A stretch of DNA of 43,010 bases from a virus, in IMG/VR virus record IMGVR_UViG_3300045988_038152, positions 1-43,010 of that record; one strand, 5' to 3'. This document shows positions 16,345-25,400 of this stretch, piece by piece; positions within the stretch are counted from its first letter, which is position 1; every line of letters begins with the position of its first letter. The notes beneath the pieces were generated by a model. The model did not search any database and was not told where the DNA came from. It saw only the letters and a list, made by a program, of their open reading frames with translations. A program made the translations under genes and the position numbers.

Positions 16345-16434
16345 TAAGATACCACGAACAAAATGATAAATTATCTTTAATTTTCTGGAGTCCATCTTTT
16401 CTAAAAGTCTAATTATTTTTTCTTTATAATCCAT
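16342..16434 (-). CDS. 30-aa peptide candidate (not in ORF track)
   Basis: RBS taggaggtataatATG; MDYKEKIIRLLEKMDSRKLKIIYHFVRGIL. Confidence 0.3.
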   Translation of the reverse strand: MDYKEKIIRLLEKMDSRKLKIIYHFVRGIL

Positions 16435-16485
16435 ATTATACCTCCTACCGTACAAAAGACATTTTCCAAACATTTGTTCTTTTTA

Positions 16486-16860
16486 TTATACTTCATCATT
16501 AGTACGATAGACAGGACTTTTAGACAGATCACACCTCGCTAACTGCCAGTGATAGACCGGAACATGTGCGATCGCAAAGAAAATATTCGCAAAATCAAAC
16601 TTTAAGTGCACTATAAGCGGAATTATAGTAAGAAAAATTACACTCAAATAATTCTGCACAGGGGCTTTCTTCTTGACAGCAACCTTGGCAACGGAACGCA
16701 CGTGCAAGTGCTGATATGTGCTATTTGCGCCATGGCAGCTCTGCAATGCACTCTTACCGCTGTAGTTATCCTGAATCCTGCCCGATATTACGTGTTGTTG
16801 TATCAACAACAGCATAAAGACAAGTAGGAAAAGTGAAAATATGCGTTTAGTAACGCTCAT
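16486..16860 (-). CDS. 124-aa membrane/secreted protein with its own promoter (lysogeny-side moron)
   Basis: N-terminal signal/TM IFSLFLLVFMLLLI, second TM LSVIFLTIIPLIV; RBS taggagggattacATG. Confidence 0.5.
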   Translation of the reverse strand: MSVTKRIFSLFLLVFMLLLIQQHVISGRIQDNYSGKSALQSCHGANSTYQHLHVRSVAKVAVKKKAPVQNYLSVIFLTIIPLIVHLKFDFANIFFAIAHVPVYHWQLARCDLSKSPVYRTNDEV

Positions 16861-16881
16861 GTAATCCCTCCTAATGGGTCT

Positions 16882-16910
16882 ATTATACTCTTTGATAAGT
16901 AATTATACAA
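16882..16910 (-). promoter_or_regulatory. Sigma-A-type promoter TTGTAT-17-TATAAT
   Basis: -35 at 16910-16905 and -10 at 16887-16882 on the minus strand, upstream of ORF 16486-16860. Confidence 0.5.
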
Positions 16911-16977
16911 TTCTTAATATTGCACAAACATCGAGAAATTTACTACAATATTCGACAGAAATCGACTTTTTGTCTGT

Positions 16978-17727
16978 TTAATCGTCCCAGATTGACCGCT
17001 GGTTGTTCATCATGAAGATTTCATCCTGCAAGTATAATGGAGCGTCATACCGTGCAATCACATTCAAGGCTGATTCGCACTGATTTCGTCTGATGGACTT
17101 GTAGGAACGTACACGGAAGTTTGATTTCAAGTCTGCATAGATGCTGCTATACACGCGCTGTCTCATTGACCTGTCCTGATATGCGTTTGAAGCTTTGCCG
17201 CCTAGGATATCTACACCACGCTTGCGGACTGCTTCTGTAATCCGGTCGGCTTCGATCGGCAGGATTGGCAGGTCGAGTTTGAAATCTTCCAGCTCTTTCT
17301 TGACGGTATCGACTTTCTGCTCAACCTGTGTTACTCGCTTGTCCACTACGATTACAGCTTGTAATTCTTTGGAGATGCCAGAAAGGGCAAGTTCGTTTCT
17401 TTTCTGGAAGTACTCATCCACCAGAGTGTCATATACATCCCACGCCTTGTCAGTGTTTAATGATTTTGCGTGGAGAAACGCACCTTTCTGTGTCCAGAGG
17501 TAGAGAACAGAGGCAAATTTAAGGCTCTCGTCATTTTGACGATTAGCTTTAAACTCTTTCAATTCGTCTCCAGACAACTTGATATAGTGTTTTCTTTCGA
17601 CAAATCTATCTTTGTTTCTTTCGAAATTTTTTGACAGTACTTTAGTATCAGTTCCATAGGCTTCTGCAATCTGCTGCGTTGTGAGTACTAAAATTCCATT
17701 AAATTCTACTTTACATAATTCGTTCAT
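16978..17727 (-). CDS. ORF6N/ORF6C-type antirepressor-like protein
   Basis: N-terminus NGILVLTTQQIAEAYGTDTKVLSKNFERNKDRFVERKHYIKL. Confidence 0.65.
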   Translation of the reverse strand: MNELCKVEFNGILVLTTQQIAEAYGTDTKVLSKNFERNKDRFVERKHYIKLSGDELKEFKANRQNDESLKFASVLYLWTQKGAFLHAKSLNTDKAWDVYDTLVDEYFQKRNELALSGISKELQAVIVVDKRVTQVEQKVDTVKKELEDFKLDLPILPIEADRITEAVRKRGVDILGGKASNAYQDRSMRQRVYSSIYADLKSNFRVRSYKSIRRNQCESALNVIARYDAPLYLQDEIFMMNNQRSIWDD

Positions 17728-17738
17728 AATATTTTATC

Positions 17739-17854
17739 CTTTCTGTTCAAAAAAATATTGATTTCTTACAGAAAGTGTGTTATCATGTATGTGACATTAG
17801 GAATGACATATTTGTAATGACATAATAATGGCAATAATAACGTACTTTCTGTTC
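17739..17854. promoter_or_regulatory. Repeat-rich control region upstream of the antirepressor gene
   Basis: CTTTCTGTTC at 17739-17748 and 17845-17854; inverted ACAGAAAG at 17768-17775; three TGACAT boxes at 17792, 17804 and 17818. Confidence 0.45.
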
Positions 17855-17866
17855 GGCATATTGGTG

Positions 17867-18031
17867 CTATGCCTTATGGAATTTTGCCTGCGCGACGATT
17901 CCACGGCGCACAACTTCGGCTTTGGATATACCTAATTTGTGTGCTGTGGTAGCAAGCAAATCGTAAGTTTCCTGATCCATTCTGATCTGGAAATATGTGT
18001 TTTTGGTATTTTCTTTTTTGTGTCTACCCAT
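17867..18031 (-). CDS. Ribbon-helix-helix (CopG/Arc-like) protein, 54 aa
   Basis: RBS agaaaggagaactATG; MGRHKKENTKNTYFQIRMDQETYDLLATTAHKLGISKAEVVRRGI. Confidence 0.65.
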   Translation of the reverse strand: MGRHKKENTKNTYFQIRMDQETYDLLATTAHKLGISKAEVVRRGIVAQAKFHKA

Positions 18032-18056
18032 AGTTCTCCTTTCTGTCGTAACTTTC

Positions 18057-18085
18057 ATTTTATTGTAATGAAAGAAATTTGTCAA
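18057..18085 (-). promoter_or_regulatory. Promoter TTGACA-17-TAAAAT with an overlapping 8-bp inverted repeat
   Basis: -35 at 18085-18080, -10 at 18062-18057; inverted repeat CTTTCATT/AATGAAAG at 18052-18074. Confidence 0.6.
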
Positions 18086-18175
18086 CTGTGCTCCTGTAAA
18101 TATGTAGATATATTTGCATATTTTGCGGAGGTTCGGGTGTCTGTTTACTTTTCAGTAGGCAGGCACCCTTTTCAG

Positions 18176-18346
18176 TTATTCAGTAGACTTTAACTTTTTA
18201 ATCCCACGACTAATTGCTTCTGTCTTATTGACATTTTCCTTTTCACAATAGTTTTCAAGGATTTCCTTATCCTCGTCACTAATGCGAATACTAATCTTGT
18301 TTGGCCTGGGATTGTCTGTTGGCCTACCCATTTTCTTGCCGGACAT
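18176..18346 (-). CDS. Ribbon-helix-helix protein, 56 aa (paralog of 17867-18031)
   Basis: RBS gaggaggtgttaagATG; MSGKKMGRPTDNPRPNKISIRISDEDKEILENYCEKENVNKTEAISRGI. Confidence 0.65.
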   Translation of the reverse strand: MSGKKMGRPTDNPRPNKISIRISDEDKEILENYCEKENVNKTEAISRGIKKLKSTE

Positions 18347-18490
18347 CTTAACACCTCCTCTTTTGTCTGGCATAAGTTTATAATATACTTGTGTCTGGCA
18401 AAAGCCAACAACTTTTTTAAATTATTTTCACCTAAATCATTCTATTTCTTTCATATCTGTTGTATAATGTTCAAAAAAGGAGGGAAAAAG

Positions 18491-19369
18491 ATGAAAAAAG
18501 CCAAAAATGTCCTGATAGTACTATGGACAATTTTTTCCGTACTATCGCCCGCAATACTCGGCGAATATAACGCTGACAATATTTTATTTGCTGCTCTTAT
18601 GGAAATATTTGGAGTTTTAGTGATAGGTATTTTCTTCGGAATATTACAATTTATTTCAAAGAAAGTATCGCCATCTCAGCATACAGAAACAGCTGAAGAT
18701 ATTCCAGTAGAACAGCCCGTGCGGAAAATAACATTGCGCGTTGTATCTGGCGCAGAATCGTTTCGCCTTAATGAAAAGCGAGCAGTATTTACTGTAAAAC
18801 AATGGAAAGATGGATATGTTACTGTATCAAATGATCCTACAAAATTTGAAATGTTTGATTATGAATGGAACGGTCCTGAATATAAAAATATAAGCAAAAC
18901 AACCAGCACTTCAACCACTAAAGGAAAGAAGAAGGAAAAAACTGGACGTAAAGGTAGGCTTACAGGAGCTGTTGTTGGTACGGCTGCTACCGTTGCTACA
19001 CTCGGGAACCCTGTTATAGGAGCCGCTGTCGGAGCTGCTGTTGGGACAGGAAAGAAGACAAAAGGTAAAAATATTTCTACCACAACTGGAAACTCAACCA
19101 CCGTAAATTCAGACATGGAAATTGATTCTTTTGCATCTATTAAATTTCGTAACATTGAAACAAATCAGGTTAATACTGTTGGATTCTATTGCACCTCAAG
19201 GACGGACATTGAGCTTAAAAGTTTCAATATAGCAAATACTTCTGATTTCGATGCAGGTATTACTAGCCAGAAAAATTCTGTTGAGCTTTTGAAAGAATAT
19301 AAAAATCTGTTTGATGCTGGAGTTATTACGAAAGAAGAATTTGAACAAAAGAAGGCAGAATTATTATAA
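18491..19369 (+). CDS. Membrane protein with two N-terminal TMs, a central glycine-zipper segment and a C-terminal SHOCT domain
   Basis: RBS aaaaggagggaaaaagATG; GAVVGTAATVATLGNPVIGAAVGAAVGTG; C-terminus LLKEYKNLFDAGVITKEEFEQKKAELL. Confidence 0.7.
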   Translation: MKKAKNVLIVLWTIFSVLSPAILGEYNADNILFAALMEIFGVLVIGIFFGILQFISKKVSPSQHTETAEDIPVEQPVRKITLRVVSGAESFRLNEKRAVFTVKQWKDGYVTVSNDPTKFEMFDYEWNGPEYKNISKTTSTSTTKGKKKEKTGRKGRLTGAVVGTAATVATLGNPVIGAAVGAAVGTGKKTKGKNISTTTGNSTTVNSDMEIDSFASIKFRNIETNQVNTVGFYCTSRTDIELKSFNIANTSDFDAGITSQKNSVELLKEYKNLFDAGVITKEEFEQKKAELL

Positions 19370-19372
19370 TAT

Positions 19373-19402
19373 AGGCTCCTGCTTAACGGCAGGGGCTGTT
19401 TT
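19373..19402 (+). terminator. Intrinsic terminator between the SHOCT gene and the integrase gene
   Basis: GGCTCCTGC-ttaacg-GCAGGGGCT followed by a T-run, ending about 10 nt before the int RBS. Confidence 0.6.
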
Positions 19403-19416
19403 TATAAGGAGGAAAT

Positions 19417-20589
19417 ATGGCAAAAAGAAAGAAATACCCGAAACTACCGAACAGCTTCGGCAGCATCCGCTATCTTGGCAAGGGGCGAAGAAACTGCTAC
19501 GCTGTCCATCCACCTGCAACGATTGACGCAACTGGAAAAGCAGTCCGTCCGCCTGCGATCTGCTACGTTGACGACTATCTAAAAGGATTTGCTGTCCTGA
19601 CAGCGTACAAAGCCGGAACATACAAACCGGGCATGGAAAAGGAGCTTGAGATTGCCCCTACAGCGGACGCAGATGCCCTTATAAGCCGTATTCTGTCAGA
19701 CTACAATACATTTAAGGGCGCAGAAGAAAAGTACCCGGAAACGCACAAATTGACGTTCTCAGAGGTATATGAACAATTTATGGCATGGAAGTTCCCTGAG
19801 GGAACGAAACTATCATACAGCTCAAGGAACGCATACCGGAACGGATATTCAAACTGTACAATGCTCCACAACCGCGTATTCGAGGATTTAAAAGCCCCTG
19901 ACATGCAAGAGGTATTAGATGCTTGTCCGCTCAAAAGAGAAAGCGTAATGATGATGCTGACGCTGTTTAAACAGATGTATAAGTATGCCATGTATGCTGA
20001 GATTGTCACGGAAAACAAAGCTTTATATGTTCGGAACAACGCACCTCACGACACGGAGCATGGAACCCCGTTTTCAGATGAAGAGCTTCAAATCCTTTGG
20101 CAGAACACCGATGATCCGGAAGTGCAGCTTATCCTCATTATGTGCTACTCTGGATGGAGGATTGGCGAAGTATCAAAACTTGCAATCAATCTCGAAGAAA
20201 GATATTATCAGGGCGGTATTAAAACAAAAGCCGGAAAAGATAGGATCGTGCCTATCCATCCGGCTGTGTATGATTTTGTTCGATCAAAAATGGAATCACA
20301 AGGAAAGCTTCTGATGTATACACAGACACATCACAGGGACAAGCTCTTCTATCCTACGCTCGAGCGATTGAATATAACTGGAAACCCGAAGCACACTCCG
20401 CACGATTGCCGACACACCTTTTCTACACTGTGCGAAAAGTACGGTGTCCGGGAGAACGACAGGAAGAGGATGTTGGGGCACTCATTCGGAAACGATGTCA
20501 CCAATGCTGTGTACGGTCACAGAACTCTGGAAGAACTCCGGAAAGAAATAGAGAAAATAAAAGTCCCATTTGTGACTAACTGTGACTAA
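19417..20589 (+). CDS. int: Tyrosine recombinase (phage integrase)
   Basis: RBS aaggaggaaatATG; WRIGEV, HDCRHTFST, MLGHS, VYGH catalytic-type motifs. Confidence 0.9.
   Translation: MAKRKKYPKLPNSFGSIRYLGKGRRNCYAVHPPATIDATGKAVRPPAICYVDDYLKGFAVLTAYKAGTYKPGMEKELEIAPTADADALISRILSDYNTFKGAEEKYPETHKLTFSEVYEQFMAWKFPEGTKLSYSSRNAYRNGYSNCTMLHNRVFEDLKAPDMQEVLDACPLKRESVMMMLTLFKQMYKYAMYAEIVTENKALYVRNNAPHDTEHGTPFSDEELQILWQNTDDPEVQLILIMCYSGWRIGEVSKLAINLEERYYQGGIKTKAGKDRIVPIHPAVYDFVRSKMESQGKLLMYTQTHHRDKLFYPTLERLNITGNPKHTPHDCRHTFSTLCEKYGVRENDRKRMLGHSFGNDVTNAVYGHRTLEELRKEIEKIKVPFVTNCD
20569..20589 (+). repeat. Tandem TGTGACTAA pair (candidate integrase arm-type sites, P arm)
   Basis: tttgtgactaac-tgtgactaa overlapping the last int codons and the stop. 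Confidence 0.6.
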
Positions 20590-20678
20590 CCGTTCCAGTT
20601 TTTATCGCTTTTAAACCATCTTAATCGTTCTATCAAAAGCCTGCAAAGCCTTGATTTTACTGGGTTTTTCGCATTTTA

Positions 20679-20742
20679 CAAGGGATTCTGAAAAAGCATT
20701 TTCTTTAATCTAATTTTAATGAAACTTTTCAAGAATCCTTTG
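20679..20742. promoter_or_regulatory. Candidate attP core: imperfect 16-bp inverted repeat around an AT-rich spacer
   Basis: caagggattctgaaaa (20679-20694) versus ttttcaagaatcctttg (20726-20742). Confidence 0.4.
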
Positions 20743-20765
20743 TTTATGCGGGTTTTCACCCTTGG

Positions 20766-20787
20766 TTTGTGACTAATTTGTGACTAA
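20766..20787 (+). repeat. Perfect tandem TTTGTGACTAA x2 (candidate arm-type sites, P' arm)
   Basis: Same 9-mer core and same orientation as at 20569-20589, 197 bp away. Confidence 0.6.
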
Positions 20788-20829
20788 CCACGTGAATCTG
20801 TATCTAGTTAAATCGTTGTAATTTAGCGT

Positions 20830-20865
20830 AAAAAAAGAGAGTCGGGTTTTTATGCCCAACTCTTT
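20830..20865. terminator. Intrinsic terminator closing the late (lysis) operon, probably bidirectional
   Basis: Stem 20836-20846 pairs with 20855-20865 (one mismatch); A7 on the plus strand gives T7 on the minus strand after the hairpin. Confidence 0.6.
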
Positions 20866-21037
20866 CTTTGACTGTCCGCTCGTACCGCTGCTAACAGCTC
20901 CCATCAGGAACATACAGCTCTTTCATTCATGCACGGCAAAATCAGTCTGCACTCTCAACTTGTGCGCAGCCACACAGGGCACTTTACATCATAAGTCCAA
21001 TCCCTGTGCGACTACTGATAGTATACCTCATCCTGCA

Positions 21038-22426
21038 TCAAAGTGCAATCAAATCTTTCCAGACAGTTTCATCACAAATTCCGTCCTGCTTCATGCCCCT
21101 GGATTTCTTGTAAGCATTCAGAGCGTAAATGGTGTTTGTTCCGGCTGAACGGTCAAGCTCAAGCTCCTTACCGTCTTTTCCTTTAAACTTCCGCGCTACA
21201 AGAATCTCCTGCAAGAGAAGAACGGAAAGTCCTGTGCTGCCTGCTACTACTGTTTCTGTTGTGAACATATATTTCTTTCCTCCTGTGGTTGGTGCATTAG
21301 TTGATGTTCCGTTTACGAGTTTCCAATCCGGTGTACAGAATTTTGTTCCCGGCATCTGACTGTTAAGATAGCTTTTTGCACAAACACCACCGCCGTTCGC
21401 AATAATGCCAGATGCACCGGAAGTATTACCCTCGATAGTATAAAAACGATCGCCAACAACCGCCGTGACTAATCCGGTGTGGGTAAATGTGCCATTGTGC
21501 TTAAATATCACGATATCGCCAACTTTCGGGTTAGCGTTAAGCGTAAATAATCCGCTCATGGTCGGACAGTACACATAAGGCCAGTGCTTTAAAAGTTTCT
21601 TAGCCGTCTCAAGTCCGAATGCTTTCATGAAGCACCAGCTCACGAAACAAGCGCACCAAGGTTGCCCCTGATAAGATGGTTTCACATCACGCCAGTATTT
21701 TGTGTAGTTCGCACTTCCTGAGTTCGCAGTCTTGCTGTCGAGCTGGCTGTTACTTTTCTTCTCAAGATAACCAATTTCATTCTTTGCAACGAGAATAACT
21801 TTTTCAATGGCTTTGTCCATTACAGAAACCTCCTCTTTATAATTTTTATAGAACACATCCATATCAACGTTACCGCTGATTCCGGATACTTTTCCTTTGC
21901 TGGAATACTGCCAGCCTACACCCACAGATGGTTTAAGTCGTGTCTGGACGGTTCCGTTGTCGCTTGCCGGATAACGAGCAATCCAACAATCGTACTTCCT
22001 GAGTGCATCAGTCAGGACGTTGTTGTACCAATCCATGTTGCAGTATATACCGACTTTGTATCCGGCTTTTTTCATTCTTGTCAGAAATGCGCCTGCAATG
22101 TTTTCGACTGCCTGCTTGCCGAGCATCCGTTGATTAGGCCACTCAAGGTCATAGAACACCGGAAAGTCCAGTCCACGTCCGTTCAGTGCGGCAATCACAT
22201 CTTCCGCTTCGTCAATAGCCCGTGCCGGTGTCAGAGCATATGAATACTTATATCCACCGACAAGGATTCCGTTGCTCTTACATCCCTTGTAGTTGTACTC
22301 AAAGGAACTGTCAATGCCGGCCCTCTGGTGTACTCTCAGGATTGCGAATTTAATACCGGATTTAGCAACTTTCGCCCAGTCTGGTTTTCCCTGATTAGAT
22401 GATACGTCAATTCCCTTTAATTCCAT
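21038..22426 (-). CDS. Three-domain endolysin: GH25 muramidase, CHAP/NlpC-type peptidase, PG-binding domain
   Basis: GIDVSSNQGKPDWAKVAKSGIKFAILRV; GQPWCACFVSWCF...THTGLV; C-terminal LQEIL...DGICDETVWKDLI. Confidence 0.8.
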   Translation of the reverse strand: MELKGIDVSSNQGKPDWAKVAKSGIKFAILRVHQRAGIDSSFEYNYKGCKSNGILVGGYKYSYALTPARAIDEAEDVIAALNGRGLDFPVFYDLEWPNQRMLGKQAVENIAGAFLTRMKKAGYKVGIYCNMDWYNNVLTDALRKYDCWIARYPASDNGTVQTRLKPSVGVGWQYSSKGKVSGISGNVDMDVFYKNYKEEVSVMDKAIEKVILVAKNEIGYLEKKSNSQLDSKTANSGSANYTKYWRDVKPSYQGQPWCACFVSWCFMKAFGLETAKKLLKHWPYVYCPTMSGLFTLNANPKVGDIVIFKHNGTFTHTGLVTAVVGDRFYTIEGNTSGASGIIANGGGVCAKSYLNSQMPGTKFCTPDWKLVNGTSTNAPTTGGKKYMFTTETVVAGSTGLSVLLLQEILVARKFKGKDGKELELDRSAGTNTIYALNAYKKSRGMKQDGICDETVWKDLIAL

Positions 22427-25400
22427 CTAATTTTTCCTCCAATTCTCTAATCTTACAGCTCTGCTCTTTTATTGTAGCTGATAATTCCTGTATAGCTTTG
22501 ATGGCATAATTTAACAGGTAAGAGGTGTTAATTTGTTTAACGTCCATCTCGCCGTTTTCATCGTACCCACCGCCCAGAGCTAAGTTCGGGTCGATTTCTT
22601 CCAGTTCATCAGCCACAAAGCCGATGTTCTGATGTCCGCCTTTTTTCCAATCGAATTGACGAACCTGCATCTGATTGACTATCTCGAGGGCATTCACTTC
22701 GCTGTCAACGACGTTATCTTTTAAGCGGATGTCGGAAACACCTGTGTTCGTATAAACATAATCTGTGGCATAATAATTTTCAGTAGTGCTTCCCCACTGT
22801 CCCCGAACAGCCACTCTTCTATATTCTTTTCCACCGGTCGTTCCCGTGCCTGTTCCTATATAATCAATCCTCGAACCTGCATCGCTCGCTGATGTAACCG
22901 GCTTTCTACGTGTTTTTCCTTCCCAGCCATATACATATACATTGTTGTTGATATACGTTCTATTCGCCGTAAAATTGATGATTCCGGGAGTTATGGTTTC
23001 TACGCCATTCGCCCATTCAACAAAAGATATTCCGTCCTTGTTGAATAAAAAGCCTGTATAGTTGTCTTCATCTTTATATGTTTTGTAATACAGTGTTCCG
23101 TCATTATCTGACTTGCTAACACGTTTTCCGTTAGCATCGTACAGAATCTGTGTGCCGTCTCCATTGTTTTTGCCGCCGAGTATAAGTGTTCCGCCTTTTG
23201 CGGCATCAAAACTAATATACAAATGCCCGTCTAAATAACGAAGTCCTTTCCACGCCCCATTATCTGACAGAATATCAACGATATCCTCTTGCGTCAGCGC
23301 AGCTACATCGATTGCTACGGAAAAACTTTGCCTATCGCACAGGATAGTTTTATCCGCATCAGAGTACACGGAAACGCGGAGCATGTCGTGCGCTGCTAGT
23401 GACATAGTATTCACAGCAATATTTATTGCTTTTACAGCTGTCGTATAGGATATGCTAACCTCACTCCATGAGTTTCCACTGTCCGGGCTTCTCTCAAGCC
23501 TCCAGTACCCATGTAAGTTATTCTCTGTGTCCTGTCCATCCCGATAAAACGCGCTGACAGTCAGTGTAGCAGGGCTTATTTTTTTATCAGCCCCCATCAG
23601 GAGAAGTTCCGCATTAGCGCGCAAGAAGTAAGTGCGTCCCGGCGTTCCTGGCTCTCCCTGTGCTCCGGCATACTGTTTGACTACCGAAAATCTTTTCGTT
23701 ACTGCCAGATTATTCAGATATACCGCCCGGATATCAATCCATCCGCTGTCTGCGGTCAGCCCGGTAACAGTGTATGTCTTACTTTCCTTGTCCCAACTTC
23801 CCTGTATGTTCTGAGATGTCGTGATCGTATACGTACAGTTATCCGTGATATCCTGTGTACCGTACATAACAGTCGCTGTTGTGGTGCACTCTGGAAACTC
23901 CGTATAATTGCCATCACTGTCAACCGGAATTCCCTGGTAATCGTTGTCAAGCTGCATAGTCATATTCCTGGCCAGAGCTGCCGCATTTTCAACATCTTCA
24001 ATCTTTTCATCAAGTGGCTTACCGCCGATGGTCACACAACTTCCGTCGAGGGTGACTGATCCGGTATCCATATCTGCTTCAAATATCGCATTTTTGTTTT
24101 TATCCTTAACCAGGAGCGTTCCGGCGTTAATATAGTCAGCATTGATGCCCTCTGCATACAAAAGCCTTGTGATAGTCTCACCATCAACAGTAACACCGTA
24201 AGGATATGTTTTTCCGCCATCTGTACTGAATCCGATAGCATCGGAAGTTATCTTGATAACATTTAAAGATTCTCCAAGGGTCTTTTTATCATGAAGGTAT
24301 CTGATAGTGCTACCATCTGCCTGTTTAACATCCGTGGAAAACATACCGCTCGCATTATTGATTCTTTCATTGAGCCGCTTCATAGCTTCTTCCCTGGCAG
24401 AAGTTTCCTTTTTAACCATTTTTCGGGCGGCAACAATAGCTTTCGTGCTGTCACTATAATAGCTGCTGCTGCCACGAATCGGATCATCAGCCTGTGTCTT
24501 AACTGTAGTCAGGCCGCCCACATTACCTGATACATCCGTCAGAGGAGTAACGTATTTGTTGCCTAACCGGTCATAGGTATAAACCATATCGCCGAATTCT
24601 ACAGTTGGCTCATATATAAGATCTCCTTCAAGGTTTCGGAACCTTGCACCCACAAGTTGCTCGCCGATAATGCTCGCAACGGTTTCGAGCTGGTCAGAAT
24701 CAATCAGTTCGTTCTCGAGTTCAAGGACGTATCCTTCTTCTCCGTACATGCCGGAATAATCTGTGTCAGTATTATTGTCCGTTTCTCCGTTTTTTAACCG
24801 GACTCCGGTAATAACGATATCATCACTGGAAAGCGTAGGTGGGTTCGCGTAAGCCATCAACCTCTGAACGTCACTACCCGGGCCGGATGTGAGAGCCAGG
24901 AATCCCTCTGCGTTAATAATCCATCCTGGCAGAGAAATAAAGCTATCGATATCAATAGATGGGTTAGCATCACCGAAATGAATAAAACCATCTGCGTCCA
25001 CGGTCGCGGCATTGTCAGATTCCATTTTCCCGAAATCCCATTTTAAGAATCTGAGGTTTCCAGAATAATCAATCCGGGCATTCGCAGATTCTATCATAGC
25101 TGCATATCCGAACAGCTGGCGGAACGTCATACTGTCAGGAATGCTTCTTATTATAATATCGCCGTGCTCCATGGTCAGATTCATGCCGATTTTGAGCGTT
25201 TCACAGGCATCCCTAACAAGGTTGATAAGTGACTGAGGAAGTTTTAAGCCGCTTGTGTATGTTTTATTCGCCTTATACATATCATCCAGAGCCGTAAGCG
25301 TAATAATGTCCGAATACTGTTCCGGCTCCGTAATAGTATAAGTTCCCTTGTCAATCTTTTCTTCCAAGCCATTCACTTTTAAGTAAGCGTGAACTTTCGC

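Noticed and set aside
20852-21148. 98-aa plus-strand ORF spanning the attP-proximal region and the endolysin 3' end
   Set aside because: It has no RBS and overlaps the endolysin antisense. The region is better explained as the terminator plus noncoding attP flank. Small minus-strand ORFs there (15-46 aa) also lack RBSs.
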